Shown piece by piece: positions 9,706 through 23,205 of a stretch of 64,000 bases of DNA (the first letter of the stretch is position 1; every line of letters starts with the position of its first letter). The stretch comes from Octopus sinensis (Eukaryota). Location: assembly GCF_006345805.1 (NCBI RefSeq), contig NC_042998.1, forward strand, positions 136,276,001-136,340,000. Reading direction: 5' to 3'. The position numbers and the translations under genes were made by a program. The notes beneath the pieces are model-generated. The model searched no databases. It was not told the DNA's origin and saw nothing but the letters and a program-made list of their open reading frames with translations.

Positions 9706-11071
9706 TTATTATTGTCACCATTTGCTCATTTGCCAAATATAAGTAAACCCTAAAGCCTGTTCAGTTATGCTTTATGCATTAATGCAGCTAAAGGGGTGGG
9801 GTGATGGGCAGTCCACCTCAGGTGACACTTTTATGGGGATGGTACTTTGGAGTTTACTGCATAAGCCTGTATAGGCTACATTGACCTGGGGAGAGTTTCA
9901 GCTCAAGGGCTGCCCTAGCAACACACACCCTAGTTACACCACTGGTATTATCCCCAAAGGCAGTGTTGTTAGAGCATCAGCTAGAAAGTCTCTGTATTTG
10001 TTCTAATTCCTTGCATTCTGAGTTCAAATTCTACTATGGCCAACTTTTCTTATCATCCTTTTATAGTTGCTAAAAGTATATCAATTAAGAGTTGTGGGTT
10101 GGTGGAACTGTAAGAATGGTGGACCAAATGGCTTGCGATATTTATCTCAGCCTTTTACATTCTGAGTTCAAATCCTCACATGGTCTACTTAGATGATAGA
10201 CTTAAATCATCACCTGGTTTAATACACCACTAAAAGGTACCTTGTGTGCCTTTAGTAGAGTCCATTCTGTTGCAAGCATTTGAGAATATCTTCCAAACCT
10301 CCTCACTGTAAATTTTATCATAACTCTTTACTGGGCCAAGGGCCTACCTTCTCACCGGACTAAAAGATATATATTTCCATTTAGTCCTTATAATAGTTTC
10401 TCTCTCGACCTTTATGTCTTACCAAAGACTCGACCAATCCATTATTTTTAATACTTGTTTCAATCATTGGACTGCAGCCATGCTAGGGCACAAACTTGAA
10501 GGGTTCAAGTTGACCAAATCAACCCCAGTACTTCTTTTCCATCTTTTTTAAAGTCTTGTACTTATTCTATGAGTCTCTATTGCTAAATCACTAAGTTAAA
10601 GTCACGTAAACAAACCAACATCAGCTATTAAGCAGGGAGGTTGGTGACAAACATGGACACTAACATGGACACACACACACACGCAGACGCACACACACAC
10701 ACACACACACTCACACACACATTTAATATTTAATAGAATATTTGGGCCAGATATGGCTGGATGAAATGCTAAAGGGTTAAATTTTGATCCAAACTTTTTT
10801 GTACTTATATCGTGAATATTTTACTTTTTGATATTTTTCAGGTTTGGACTGCACTCATCCCGAGGGACTGGTGTGAAGAGTTTTGTCAATCATCTCTTTT
10901 TGCTGAACTGCTAAGATCTTAAGGCAGTACATAATGCTTAAAAGATAATTAACAAGTGTATAGCACACACACACACATACACACACACATGTATGAATGT
11001 GTGTGTGTATGTATGAGTGTGTGTGTATATGTATGTGTATGTACATATGTATCTATCTATCTATCTATCTA

Positions 11072-11102
<31 letters not shown>

Positions 11103-11107
11103 GTATG

Positions 11108-11193
<86 letters not shown>

Positions 11194-11892
11194 GTGTGTG
11201 TGTGTGTGTGTGTGTGTATACAGACATGCACACATTCACACGTACACACACACACACATATATATATATATACACACACATGCATACATGTGTGTGTGTG
11301 TGTGGGTGTAATGATATAAGGAGGAGTGAAAGAGCTAAAGATAAAGTGGGAAACGTAAATGAAATTTCAAGAGAACTATAGATGGAAGATAAAGAGGAAA
11401 AAGAAAATAACTAATAAATAAATTTATTTAAAAATGCATGAAAGAAAAAATTAATGACTCAGAGGAAGAAATTAAATGGCAGTCAGAAAAGAAAAAGAAA
11501 GGAAGAAAAAAGATAGATGGTGAGAAAGAAAAGATAGGAAAAAACCCAGCAGAGTCTGTTGGAAGCTGGTTGCTATGACTATATCAGTGAAGTCTGCATT
11601 TTCCGTACAAATAGCTGGAGTGGCTTATTGATTTGTGTTATTATCTTATTCAGCAGCTATAGCGGAGGCAGTTGTGCTGATGGTAATGTAGGAGGGGTTG
11701 ATGATGAAAAACAAAACAACAGACCACTGGGTAAAATCAAATGAATGAGGGGAAAAAAAATATGGTTTAGCCTTTTATTTATTTGTTTGTTTGTTTATGT
11801 CTCTTTCATTTTAATTTTTGTTTTTTACTGTCCAACAATTGTTTGTGTGCTAGTCACATTTTGTAAAGATGCTGCACAGATATATATATGTT

Positions 11893-11950
<58 letters not shown>

Positions 11951-12878
11951 TATGTTTTAGATGTCTCTGGTCTTCATTCAACAAATATCTCACCTTCTAT
12001 CACTCTATATCTCCCTCTCTCACTCTATATCTCCTACTCTCTTTTCTTCTCTCTCTCCCCCTCTATAAATTCTTTCTTTCCTTCTTTCTTCCTTTGCTTC
12101 TTTGCTTTTTTCTTTCCTTCTTTCTTTCTTTGCCTTCCACATTTATCTCAAACTCAGGGATCAGTCCTATATTGTGCCATTGTAGAAAACCAGTCATACA
12201 TATCACAGACTATTATAACCTGGTTTTTATGTTGTTGGTACAAATTATTTCATCACATTTTTTCCAGACTTATGAATAATTGAGTTCCATTTTATAAATA
12301 TCAGTGCATTTGAATATGTGTCTGGGCATATATATTTATATATGTGTGCATGCATGTATATGAGTGTACATCTGAGAATGTATGTGTGGCTATATGTGTG
12401 TGTGCTGATAGTTTCATGTCTACGCATGGTAATTTTGTTTTTCTCGCATATATTTTTAACTTGTATATGCTATGAGCACTGCAGACAAGCAGCAAGTTAT
12501 TCACAAGCTTGCCTGATGACTCAGTTTCAATTCTAAGTTGAAGCTATTTTCTTTCACCTATGCCACATCATTCAATTTGCATTATTTTTCCAATCAGCGG
12601 TTTTGTACCAGTGTGTGGATGTGTATTTTGTGTTGTATACCTCACATGTCAATATTTGTTGAAATTTATATACTTTATTTCATTATTACTAACTGCTTAG
12701 TATATATATATATATATATGCTAGCATGGAAAACAGACGTTAAACGATGATGATGGTGATGATATATATATATATATAATATTATAATAATAATAATAAT
12801 AATAATAATATGAGGGAATATAATTCCAAACTTACAGGGAAAAATTCAATTTAGAAATACTAAATCAAATTCACACAA

Positions 12879-12915
<37 letters not shown>

Positions 12916-13385
12916 CTTAGAAAAAAAAACACCTTTTATCAATTCAATAATGAAAAATTAAATAATACCATTTAGAAAATTACATATTATAGAAAGATTA
13001 AATATAAGATAAAACATATAACAATGATTAAGTAATACACATACACACACTTATGTTATTCTGTTATTTTGTTATTCTATTATTTTGTTCTGTCCTTAGA
13101 TACATTCGTTAGTTTTTTCCTGAAGCTTAATGCTCTGGCACCTCCCTGATAACAATGATCTTAGTTTTAAAGCACACGAAGCCATGAAGATGTCTTGGAA
13201 ACCAAGTGATGAGACAGATTTACTGCAGATGTTCCTTGTATCATGCTGTTGTTTCCTTTCCATCTGTTGTGCTTTTGTCTCCTTTTCCTGTCTGTTATGT
13301 TTTTGCTCAGTTTACGCCTACATTTTCCCTTCGTTATGTTCTTTCTATTTAACCATTGGAATATATTTATATATATATATATATA

Positions 13386-13462
<77 letters not shown>

Positions 13463-13475
13463 TAGATAGACAGAC

Positions 13476-13523
<48 letters not shown>

Positions 13524-13633
13524 TCAGTTAAAATTAGGTACTTAAGTTGAAGCATCAAATCAGTCCAGTATTATCCACACAGCTCAAAGTAAGGTGAATA
13601 AAATCAAAATAAGCAACAGGATATCAAGAAGTG

Positions 13634-13721
13634 ATGCAGTACGTCTGTTTCAAGTGGCTCTATTTAATTGAACAATGCAATCATTATATCAATTTAAATG
13701 CAGAGCTATCATCAGTTGCAC
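13634..13721 (-). ncRNA. Hammerhead-like motif, CUU-insertion variant, partly decayed
   Basis: Minus strand GTGCAA-CTGATGA-TAGCTCT..ATTTAAATTGA..TCAATTAAAT-AGAGCCA-CTT-GAAA-CAGACGT-A-CTGCAT: long stem II, GUA triplet, stem I 5 of 6 paired. Confidence 0.55.
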
Positions 13722-15369
13722 AAATAAATATAATTTTAATCAGCTGGACACATTAATATAATTTTTCTCAAATACTTTAACAGAACAAGAAAATGGAAGA
13801 AATCCATGTTGTCGCTATTGTAGCTAAGAATAAACTACACTTCCAAGAAAGGCATGAAGCCCACTGGGGTCATAGCTTGTAAAGGATTGTGGTTCATTTC
13901 TAATTTATTTTTATTTTTATCAACTACTAAATCTAAGACTAGAGGACTGTGTCTATTTGGAATGAAGAGCAAGAGTGAGTTGACAGCTCATAGCTAGGTA
14001 TGGTCATAAATATTGTCAATACATTAGGAGTAGTAAATTGGGTATAGAGTAACTATCTATAAAAGGAGGCTGGGTAGTGGAAGACTCTAAATTGTGATGT
14101 TAATTACCAGTTAAAGGGGCAAGATGCTAATAAAACCTATGATGATAGAACAGGAAATTTTATCATGGAGTACTACAGGTGATTGTTTATAATCAATATT
14201 ACTATGTTGTATATAAATAAAATTTAAGATTATCAAAAATGATATCATAACCAAAATAGGTAAAATGTGTGTATATATCAATTTTCAACATTAAAAAGGG
14301 AAGATTACATAGAATCAGTTTAATATTTATTTTGTACTTAATTATTATGTTTTCCATAAAGATTGCTTGGAGCATTTACATATGGAATACTGGATAGATA
14401 AACATGCTATCTATATATTGATTATAAACTGAGAATCAGAAAAAAATGAAGATGTGCACAGATACACATACATATTTATCTATGTGCACACATGCAAATA
14501 TACACAAATATTTATACATTCATATGGATATAGTATAACTATCTCACATAGACTTAAGTAACTGAAAGGTATCTATTTACGAACAAGAAAGATAATAATT
14601 TATAAGAGATAAGAGGTTACTAGGTTATGTGCATATATGCATATATACACATACACAAATATTTATACGTTTATATGGATATAGTATAACCATCTTGCAT
14701 AGACCTAAGTAGCTGAAAAATCTCTATTTAAGAACAGTAACAACTTATAAGGGATACGAGGTTAATAGGTAAGGATATCAAAGTAAGGAAGCAAAATAAT
14801 AAGAATTTATTGAAGATAAGAAATATCTATAACCTACATTTAAAGTGATAAAGTATTAAAATTTGAAGTAAGGTAGAGATAAAGGTAACCCAAAAAGAGG
14901 AGGTAGTAGGTATGGGCATAGTGAGGGCAGTTAGAGGCATTCAGACCAAAGAGATTTTATAAGTTGCTATGTTACAGGTGTTATTACATATATGATTTTA
15001 TAGTTTCAGGGGATATATCATTAGGAAACTTACTTATATAAAAGGCATTACAAAAATACATAATATGATCAGTAGTGTAGAACATCATAGAAAGGAAAAA
15101 ATAGTTTAATCACCAAAAATATGATGAAGTCAGACTAACTAGGCAGGAGTTTTCATGGGATTCGTAATTACATATAGCACGTCAAATACCATAACATATA
15201 GCTTATAACATATGCAATGCAATTTAATTCACCATATAACTCAATATCCCATGATTTTATTATATTTAATACTAGGGGGTAAGTTTAGAATGGATACGAC
15301 ACCAAAATTAATTTCCACCATCAAAGTTCAAGTATGGCACCTATAACCGAAATACTTAAATGTTTGGGT

Positions 15370-16040
15370 GATGCTATGCACGCATGATACCCTTAGGTCT
15401 AATCTATTATTAATCAGGTTGTTCTTGTTCCTATACTTAAAAATCTTACAAGTTTCCATCGAGCACAGCTCACACCCATATTGACTATCTCTATAAGGCT
15501 GCTCATTCCATATTATATCCCATTAAAGGCTAAATTTGATCTCACTTTCTTTCAGTTCCCAAATCTTGCTAGATAAGGACGTACAATTGGCTTTATGTTT
15601 GAGTCTAAAAGATGAAAAATGGTTATTGAAACATTTTTTCATATTTATCAAACATCCTATATATATAAAGTTACTGGGGGGTTGGGGCTTTGTGATTCTA
15701 TATATGGGATTTAGATGTGTTTGGGGTGGGGTTGGAGTTTGTTAATCAGTGTGGGAGTGAAAGAGTGCTGATGAATAAGAGGCGAAAGAAAATGGTCAAT
15801 GGTCAAAACAAGATACTTGATTGGGGGTGGAGTTAGGAGGTTGTGGGTTGTTAAAGGAGTGTTTTATGAAGCCATTTGAATACTTGCCCTTTGCTAAGAA
15901 ATATAATGGCCAGATATTTTTCTAAATTATTTCTTTTAGTAATTTCTTGTGTTTTAGGTGTATGTCTGGAGTGGTAGTGTTAATGAGGTGTAAGATATAT
16001 GTGTCTTTTGATGAAAATGTTTGTTGATAGAAGTGTTTGG
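15370..16040 (-). mobile_element. Penelope-like element remnant including GIY-YIG endonuclease region
   Basis: Minus translation YIGCLINMKKCFNNHFSSFRLKHKANCTSLSSKIWELKESEIKFSL*WDI.. / CELCSMETCKIFKYRNKNNLINNRLDLRVSCVH matches the PLE pattern YIG..F..R.NNH..SF..T.LS..IW.LK..W.I..C.LC..E..LLN.R.EL..C.H; stops and a frameshift present. Confidence 0.8.
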
Positions 16041-16105
16041 GAGAGGAGGTGGGGGATATCATTAGCTCACATATTTACTTCCCTACATATAATAAACAAA
16101 ATGTA

Positions 16106-16165
<60 letters not shown>

Positions 16166-16269
16166 GGTATATGTATATATATATATATGCGTGTGTGTGT
16201 ATGTATGCATACATATGTATGTATGCATGTGTGTATATATATGTATATGTATATATATGTATATGTATG

Positions 16270-16299
<30 letters not shown>

Positions 16300-16306
<7 letters not shown>

Positions 16307-16870
16307 CGAATTTACAGAAAACAAAAGACAAAGACAAGTGAGGGAACAGTAAGTAGGTGCACTAGTTTGACAATCAGGAGGAATGGAAAAGTCTTTGACG
16401 TTTTAGGCCTATGCTCTTCTACAGAAAGGATTGAGAGGAAAAATGGAGGGGGAATGAAAAAATAGAAAGAGAAAAAATTGACAGGGATTAACGGTCAACA
16501 TGATATATACAGAGAGAGAGTGGGAGGGAGAGAGAGAGAACATTTTGGGGATCATTTGCTTGAAATTGAGATCATGGTGTACTCACATTCTTGAGCCTGC
16601 AGCTCATATTATCACTGGATAATGTCGGTTGGATGGAGAAGGTCTGAAAGATGTTATGCAAGCCTTATTGGACCAAAGATTTTAGGCTGTGCAATCACTG
16701 GCGAGGCAACTTTCCAATTCCTGGTTGAGCAGGAGGGTGCCACTGTGAACACAGAGTCCACAGGCACAAACCCAGGTGAAGTTGACCACAGGTGCAATAA
16801 CTTGATGCATGGGCATTGATGGCATTTTGCATGAGCAATGGTCAGTGATGGTTTTCCTCAGCTGCTAGTG
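16300..16870 (-). mobile_element. Second Penelope-like fragment: decayed endonuclease end plus 3' tail with a hammerhead relic at 16393-16428
   Basis: Relic CTTT-CTGTAGA-AGAGC ATAG GCCT-AAAA-CGT-C-AAAG (stem I cttt/aaag, palindromic ACGT stem III, GUC; core mutated). The tail is shared with 55600-55650. Coding similarity is weak. Confidence 0.55.
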
Positions 16871-19800
16871 GACAATTGTCATCATCATCATTATCATGTA
16901 TGTTTGTGTGTGAGCATGTTGTATGTACATATGTATGCAATCACTTGTATCCAAAGTTTATAATAGGTATACTGTATCCTAGTAAGAGGCAAAAGAGTTG
17001 CTGTCAGGAAGGACATTTGGCAGCAAACACTGATTTAAAATGCTCTAAAGTCAGCCGGTTTCTGTGCCATATGTCTGCTCCAACAGAGACAACAGAAAGC
17101 TCTCAGCAACCCCAGTAAGATACAGACAAAGGATACAAACCAACAGGGGAACTCTGTGGGGTTGTCTGACCTGCCAAAAATAACAACCAAGACACCCTCA
17201 ACTTATACTCTGCTGCATTAAAGAAAAGGAACACATTGGATAATGTAGACCATGAAACATAACCCCTGGATAAAGATGAGACAATCACAGATGATGAATT
17301 GGCTGCATAGTTAGAATATTGGACAGAATGCCTCATGTTCCAACTCTCCACCCTCTGAGTTCAAATCCCACTAAAGTCAACTTTTCTTTTAGGGTTGATA
17401 AAAAAAATACCAATCCAAGATGGTGGATTGATGGAACTGGAAGAATGCCAGACCAATTGCTTTGTGGTATTTGTTCCAGCTCTTTGGGTTCTGAGTTCAA
17501 ATTCTTCCATAGCTTACTTGGGCAGTAGACTTAACCTATCACTTGGTTTAATAACACTACCTGATATCTTAGATGTCTTTAGCTGAGTTTAATCTCTCAC
17601 AAGAATTCAGGCCCATTTTCCAGCTTGAAGATTACCTTCCTCCTACCCACCTGCCAGTCTTGAACGCCTTGCGAAGGGTCACAGGCATTGTCTTTCTACT
17701 TGACCAAAAGATAAAAGATAATTCTATCTAGTTATGATTGATGCGGTGGTCCTCATCTGAGCTTTGTATTATTCTAGCAGTAATTATTTCTGACTTTGGC
17801 ATTAGATCAGACATTTAGGGGAAGTTGTGTAGAGAATTTAATCAATTTTGACTACTACTATCTCATTTATGTTGGAAGGATGACAAAGTTAACTTTGGCT
17901 GGATTTAGACACAGAATATAGAGATATAATTAAATGCTACAGATCAAGTAGTGCAACGCTGACATTTTTGCTACTCAACAACCCTTGATTAAAACATTGC
18001 TGATTTCTTTCATTGACACAAATCAATTTGTAGTAAAGGAATATAGCTGATTGAATGGATCCCACTACAAGTCTAGTACTTATTTTACAAACAAAAATTT
18101 AATCTCAGACCACAAAAAGATTAAATTAAGTACTTATAGGCATTTTGTCTTATGCACCAACATCTGCTAGTTCTTCAGTCAATTGATTCTATAATCAAAA
18201 ACAATTAATTCTGATATTAATTTCAGTTTCACATTTTGGCACAAGGCCAACAATTTCAGGGGAGGGGTAAGTTGATTATATCGACTTCCACGCTCAACTG
18301 GTATTTATTTTATCAACCCTGAAGGGATGAAAAGCAAAGTCAACCCCCAGCAGAATTTGAACTCAAAAACGTAGAGACAGACAAAATACTGTTAAACATT
18401 TTGTCCAGTATACTAATGATTTTACCAGCATGTTGCCTTGTTTCTAATATTAATGTTAATAATGATTTTTAACCTTTGATGATGGTATCTAACAGTTTAA
18501 CAATACTGATGTTATAATGGAAATTGTTTTAATAATAAAAATCATTGATGAATTACAATTCTAAATTGCAATTCTATAATAACTAAGTAATAATAATTTA
18601 TTTTAACCAGGCAATGTAATGAAGTGGAATCATTGATTCAGCCATGAACTGGTTCATAATTTATCAACATTAGTAGATAAAATGACTCCCCACAGAATCT
18701 AAATATGAAAGGGTGAAACACAAAATTGCATCTTATAAATTATGCTGTAATCTGCTAATATTTTAAACTAATTCTCCCACACATGACTTGGAAATAACTA
18801 AAAAGAGAAAAAGATTTTAGGTGTCACAATTATTTTCATTACCCTCAGATATGTTGGATGTGAGAGATACAGGCTGATTTTTAGCCTGGTCTGAGAGGTT
18901 TCCTTTTTAAGTATGAAGTACATTACTTTGTTTCTTTATACTGAAATAAATAGGGAGAGAATGAGAAGATAGACAGGGAGATAAATATATTGAGATAATA
19001 AGGGAAAATAAAAGAAAACAAGGGTTTATTCAGGAAGATACTATTTGAGAATGATGGTTGAAATGCTGCACTGGTTTCCTTGTACAAATGATACAATTCT
19101 ATGACCAGGGTATTCAGGAATCTAAAGACATTGTGTGAGATGCAATGATGCTCTAGAAGTAGCAATACTAAAGAAGTAGAGAGAATTTTATGGGGACAGA
19201 TGACTGAATAGAGATGAATCCAAACACCTAATTACACTTATCTCTGCTTATAACAAAAATATTGTCATAATTTTGTTATCAATACTAATATTGAAAATTA
19301 TATGTAAAATAGCAAGCTGTGTAACATATTAACAGTAATTAATATTGTGGGAGATCAATTCTATTATTAGATTAGGTATTTAGGGAAATGTTTTAAAGGC
19401 ATTTATTTTTAATTATGAATTGTTTTTAATAATATAATTTAATATCATTGATTTGTTTAAATTTATTACAAATTAAAAATAGAAATACAATTTGGAAGTG
19501 CTAGAAACAAATTGGTTTGTATCTAAAACAAATAACAATAAATTCATGATACATGAATCAATATAGTATTTCAACAGTTAAGTTTGGGAGTGGGGCAGAG
19601 CTAGCATAGTCGATATAGTAAGTGAAGAAATTTTGATTAATTAAAGTTAATCTTAGTGATACAAACATTCATTATCTAAGTAATTAACTCTGGTCAAAAA
19701 AGAAAAATTTTTGGAGAAACAATTTCAAAATTTTAATTAATTAAAATTGATTAAATATGGAAAGGTCACTGATTTAATGTTATTCGATAGGATGTGAAGC

Positions 19801-19919
19801 TTGAAAATCAGGGAGTTATTCCAGTTAAGCTCCTACTTCTTTGCATTGAGACATTACATTTCTGGTATTTTGGACTTCATCATCATCATTTAGTGTCCGC
19901 TTTCCATGTAGTCAGAATA

Positions 19920-20158
19920 TCTGAGGAAAGAATTGTAGGATGGATTTTATGAGCAAAGCCAACCAGAAGAAAACCTAGAGGTAGGCCTCAAACAAGAGGG
20001 CTAGACACTATTTATAGCCTTGCTAAAGTCTCTTAAAAGGATCTAACCAGAGAGTTTGCTGATGGCTGCTTCTGATAGGACCCTTTGGAAGGACTAGCTG
20101 AGGACACTACCTCCATAACCCTCACAGGAATTACTGAGCAATAAAGATGGATGGATGG
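19920..20158 (+). mobile_element. RTE-clade (Expander/Rex3-like) LINE 3' fragment
   Basis: EERIVGWIL*AKPTRRKPRGRPQTRGLDTI resembles the RTE C-terminal P.G.RPRGRP..RW.D motif; ends in a (GGAT)n tail. Confidence 0.7.
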
Positions 20159-21462
20159 AATGCAGTAGAGTGTGAGTCTCATGTTTAGAGCTGTGCTGAC
20201 AACTCCAGATACGTTTTTGGCTAATTATATCCATTTAGTAACTTATAAACTCTGACTAGTTGCTCTTCAAGTAACAAGAAAGATAAAGAGTTTTCATAAA
20301 TGATCTTTTTTCTTTTGCATTTATTGAAATAGCATTATAAGAGCAATGATATTTTACATTAATGTAGTATACATTTATATATAATAATTATATATTATGT
20401 ATATAATATAATATGTGGTACATTTACACATTACATATTTCTGTATACAGTTTTGGTTACTAGAAAATGAAAGCAGAAATTATTCTAAGATTTGATTAAT
20501 TATAAAGAATGTTTAAAATTACAGAAAATCACTGCAAAATTTTTGGTTAGAATTATTCCAAAATTCAAACATCTGTTTTTACTGAAGAATTAAAAATATT
20601 GAATTATTAAAGCTATTATCTACCCAGGAATAATAAACTGTCAGAGTAAAGGATTTGAAGTTATAGATCAATGTATATGTGTCTAGACAACTAATGGTAT
20701 GCAAAAACAGCCATGACTTGGTCACCACCTTATTTGTAGGCATAAAAAGAGCAAGCTGAAGGTCACTTAGCAGCAGACATTTCAATATAATCTGCAGACA
20801 GTCAACATCATGTGGAATGGATGTTCAGATGTCATAGGTGACTGGACCCAGTGGAAGAAGCTTTCTATCCAATGTGCTGAGCAGTGCTGCAGGACCTAAA
20901 GCTAAATTGAAATCTAATATTGGTTTGTTTGTAAAACACTTTCACAAAGACATTGATAATCCTTTCTGCTATAGACATAAGGCCTAAAATCTGGGGGGAT
21001 TACATTGACCCCCAGTACTAAACTGGTACTTATTTCATTGACCTGAATGGATGAAGTGGATGAAATGGATGAAAGGCAAAGTTGGTCTTGACAGCATTTG
21101 AACTCAGAATGTAAAGCAGGAAGAAACGTTGTTATGCATTTCCAGCTTGCTAACAATTCTGCCAGCACACCACCCTAGACATTAATAATGCAAGAGAAAT
21201 ATGGCAATTTTAAATGAAAATTGAAATTGGTTTGCAGTCTTGGCTCATTAAGAACTTACTACCAAAAGATTAAAGAGAGATTTAACTGAAAATTAATGCC
21301 AATTATTTCTCTAGTATGGCTTTGTGCCAATGTTAGAAATAATTATCTCTCTTTTCAGTAAACTACTGATGTGGCAGGAGTAAAAATGATAAAAGGAAAG
21401 CCATAATCTCTCATAATCAAATGGCAGAACTGGAGATGTAAGAGCCACAAAAAATAATAACA

Positions 21463-21526
<64 letters not shown>

Positions 21527-21528
<2 letters not shown>

Positions 21529-22067
21529 TGCCCTGACGCAGTACCAGACAGTGGCTCTCATGGCTTCTGATCTTAACTGACTGGAAGTGTTATGTACAGT
21601 TTTGTCTTGGTATAAAATAGCAAATATTCTGCTCAATACCACAGATTTGCTTGTCAGTTGTTTGACCATAACCAGTTGAGCATGTCCCTTAATGGCTGAC
21701 GATATGTGCATCTCTGATCACAAGCAGAAGTAGTGGGAGAGCATCATAGCCATGTGTTGAAAGGAATTCTTAGAGGTTTGGATAATTCATCTTTGGAAAC
21801 ATGGGTGGTTCATTCAACATCCTTAATCCTTATTCAGGGACCTTTTGAGCAGGATGGGTTACTAAACCGGAAGAAAATTGTAACTGGGTCCCACTTGCAA
21901 GGTCATGTGCTGTTTATCTTGATATGAGATCACCATGTCACGCACATATGGTTGTGATGCATGTGCCTGGTGTACCCTTATCAGACGGGTAGTCATGATG
22001 GGTATACTGGGCTTTGTATATTTTACCTCAGTGTCACTTTGATGGCATGCACTGCTCTCTCACTCAA
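21527..22067 (+). mobile_element. About 540-bp non-coding retroelement fragment embedded in a (TAA)n microsatellite
   Basis: High-complexity block with about 60 bp of (TAA)n directly on each side; ends CACTGCTCTCTCACTCAAT followed by (TAA)n. Confidence 0.6.
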
Positions 22068-22072
22068 TGATG

Positions 22073-22120
<48 letters not shown>

Positions 22121-22149
22121 TAATAATAATAATATAATGATGATGATGG

Positions 22150-22180
<31 letters not shown>

Positions 22181-22992
22181 AAAAAAATACTTATTTTGAT
22201 CCAATTGATGGAACTGTTTTAACTTATAGTTACAAAATCAAACTCAACATGTAAAATTTAAAAACATCTGCAAATTTTTGAAGAGAGAAGCAATTGTGCA
22301 TTAATGAGCCTAATGAGCTTAGTTATTTTACAACAACAGAAATATAAATTAAACTAACAAAACTATTGGCAATATAAAGTAGAAAGTAGACTGACAAACC
22401 AGGGAAAGAGATTTGGGATAATCATCTAAGTGCAACATCTGACTTGAAACGGCTCCATTTTAGTTCTTACTCTTACGTTCACATGCCACATAATAACGGA
22501 TAAAGGGTAAAGACTCCCTTTGGTCATGAATGCCCATGGGATTGCACCTAAAAAGTTCCCCTCCAAGGCACAAGTCCAAGCAAGGATATTTATGGAAGAC
22601 CAGTAGTTGCCCATGCATATCAGTTTTCCCTCTCCATACTAACAATGTTGTCCAAGGGAAAGGCAAAGGCTGATACAGGTTGGCACCAGTGATGTCGCAA
22701 CTTATTTCTACAGCTGAGTGAATGGGAACAACATGAAATTAAGTATCTTGCTCAAGAACACATTACACAACCCAGCCACAATCAAACTTGCTACCTCAAT
22801 GAGCTATGTACCATAATAAAAACTCAATACTTATGCTTATAGTGTTGATCTTACAAATATTCTGAAGAAAACATTTATAAAAATAATCATAGAATTGACC
22901 TGTAACTCTGGATGTCTTAACACTTTTGATACCAACCTGTCTGAGACTACCACTGGTCTGTAATATAAACTTCTTGTTTTAAAGTGATTTAA

Positions 22993-23205
22993 TCCTTCAG
23001 CATTTAAACCAACTATATCTGGCCCATATTTTCTACTTGATTTATGTTCAAACCAACCAGCTTCCACACCTACCCTATAATCTCATTCTAAAAATAAACA
23101 ATCACATCATCAAAACTGCAAAGTTACAGAATAATTCATGATTAATTCAAAACAATGTGACTAAATAAACACTACATTTAACAGAGTAATCTGAATGCTA
23201 AAGGC
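22993..23205. mobile_element. piggyBac-type MITE (TTAA TSD); relatives at 39548-39773 and partial copies near 10.8, 41.3 and 44.4 kb
   Basis: TTAA|TCCTTCAGCATTT ... AATGCTAAAGGC|TTAA; consensus TIR about CCCTTTAGCATT; TTAA also on both sides of 39548-39773. Confidence 0.7.

Noticed and set aside
9777-9946. hAT-type MITE (right end reads CAGTGGTGTAACTAGGG on minus)
   Set aside because: Left end too degenerate and no 8-bp TSD visible.
13100-13200. Hammerhead relic in a Penelope-like tail
   Set aside because: Neither CUGANGA nor GAAA is intact and stems are unconvincing.
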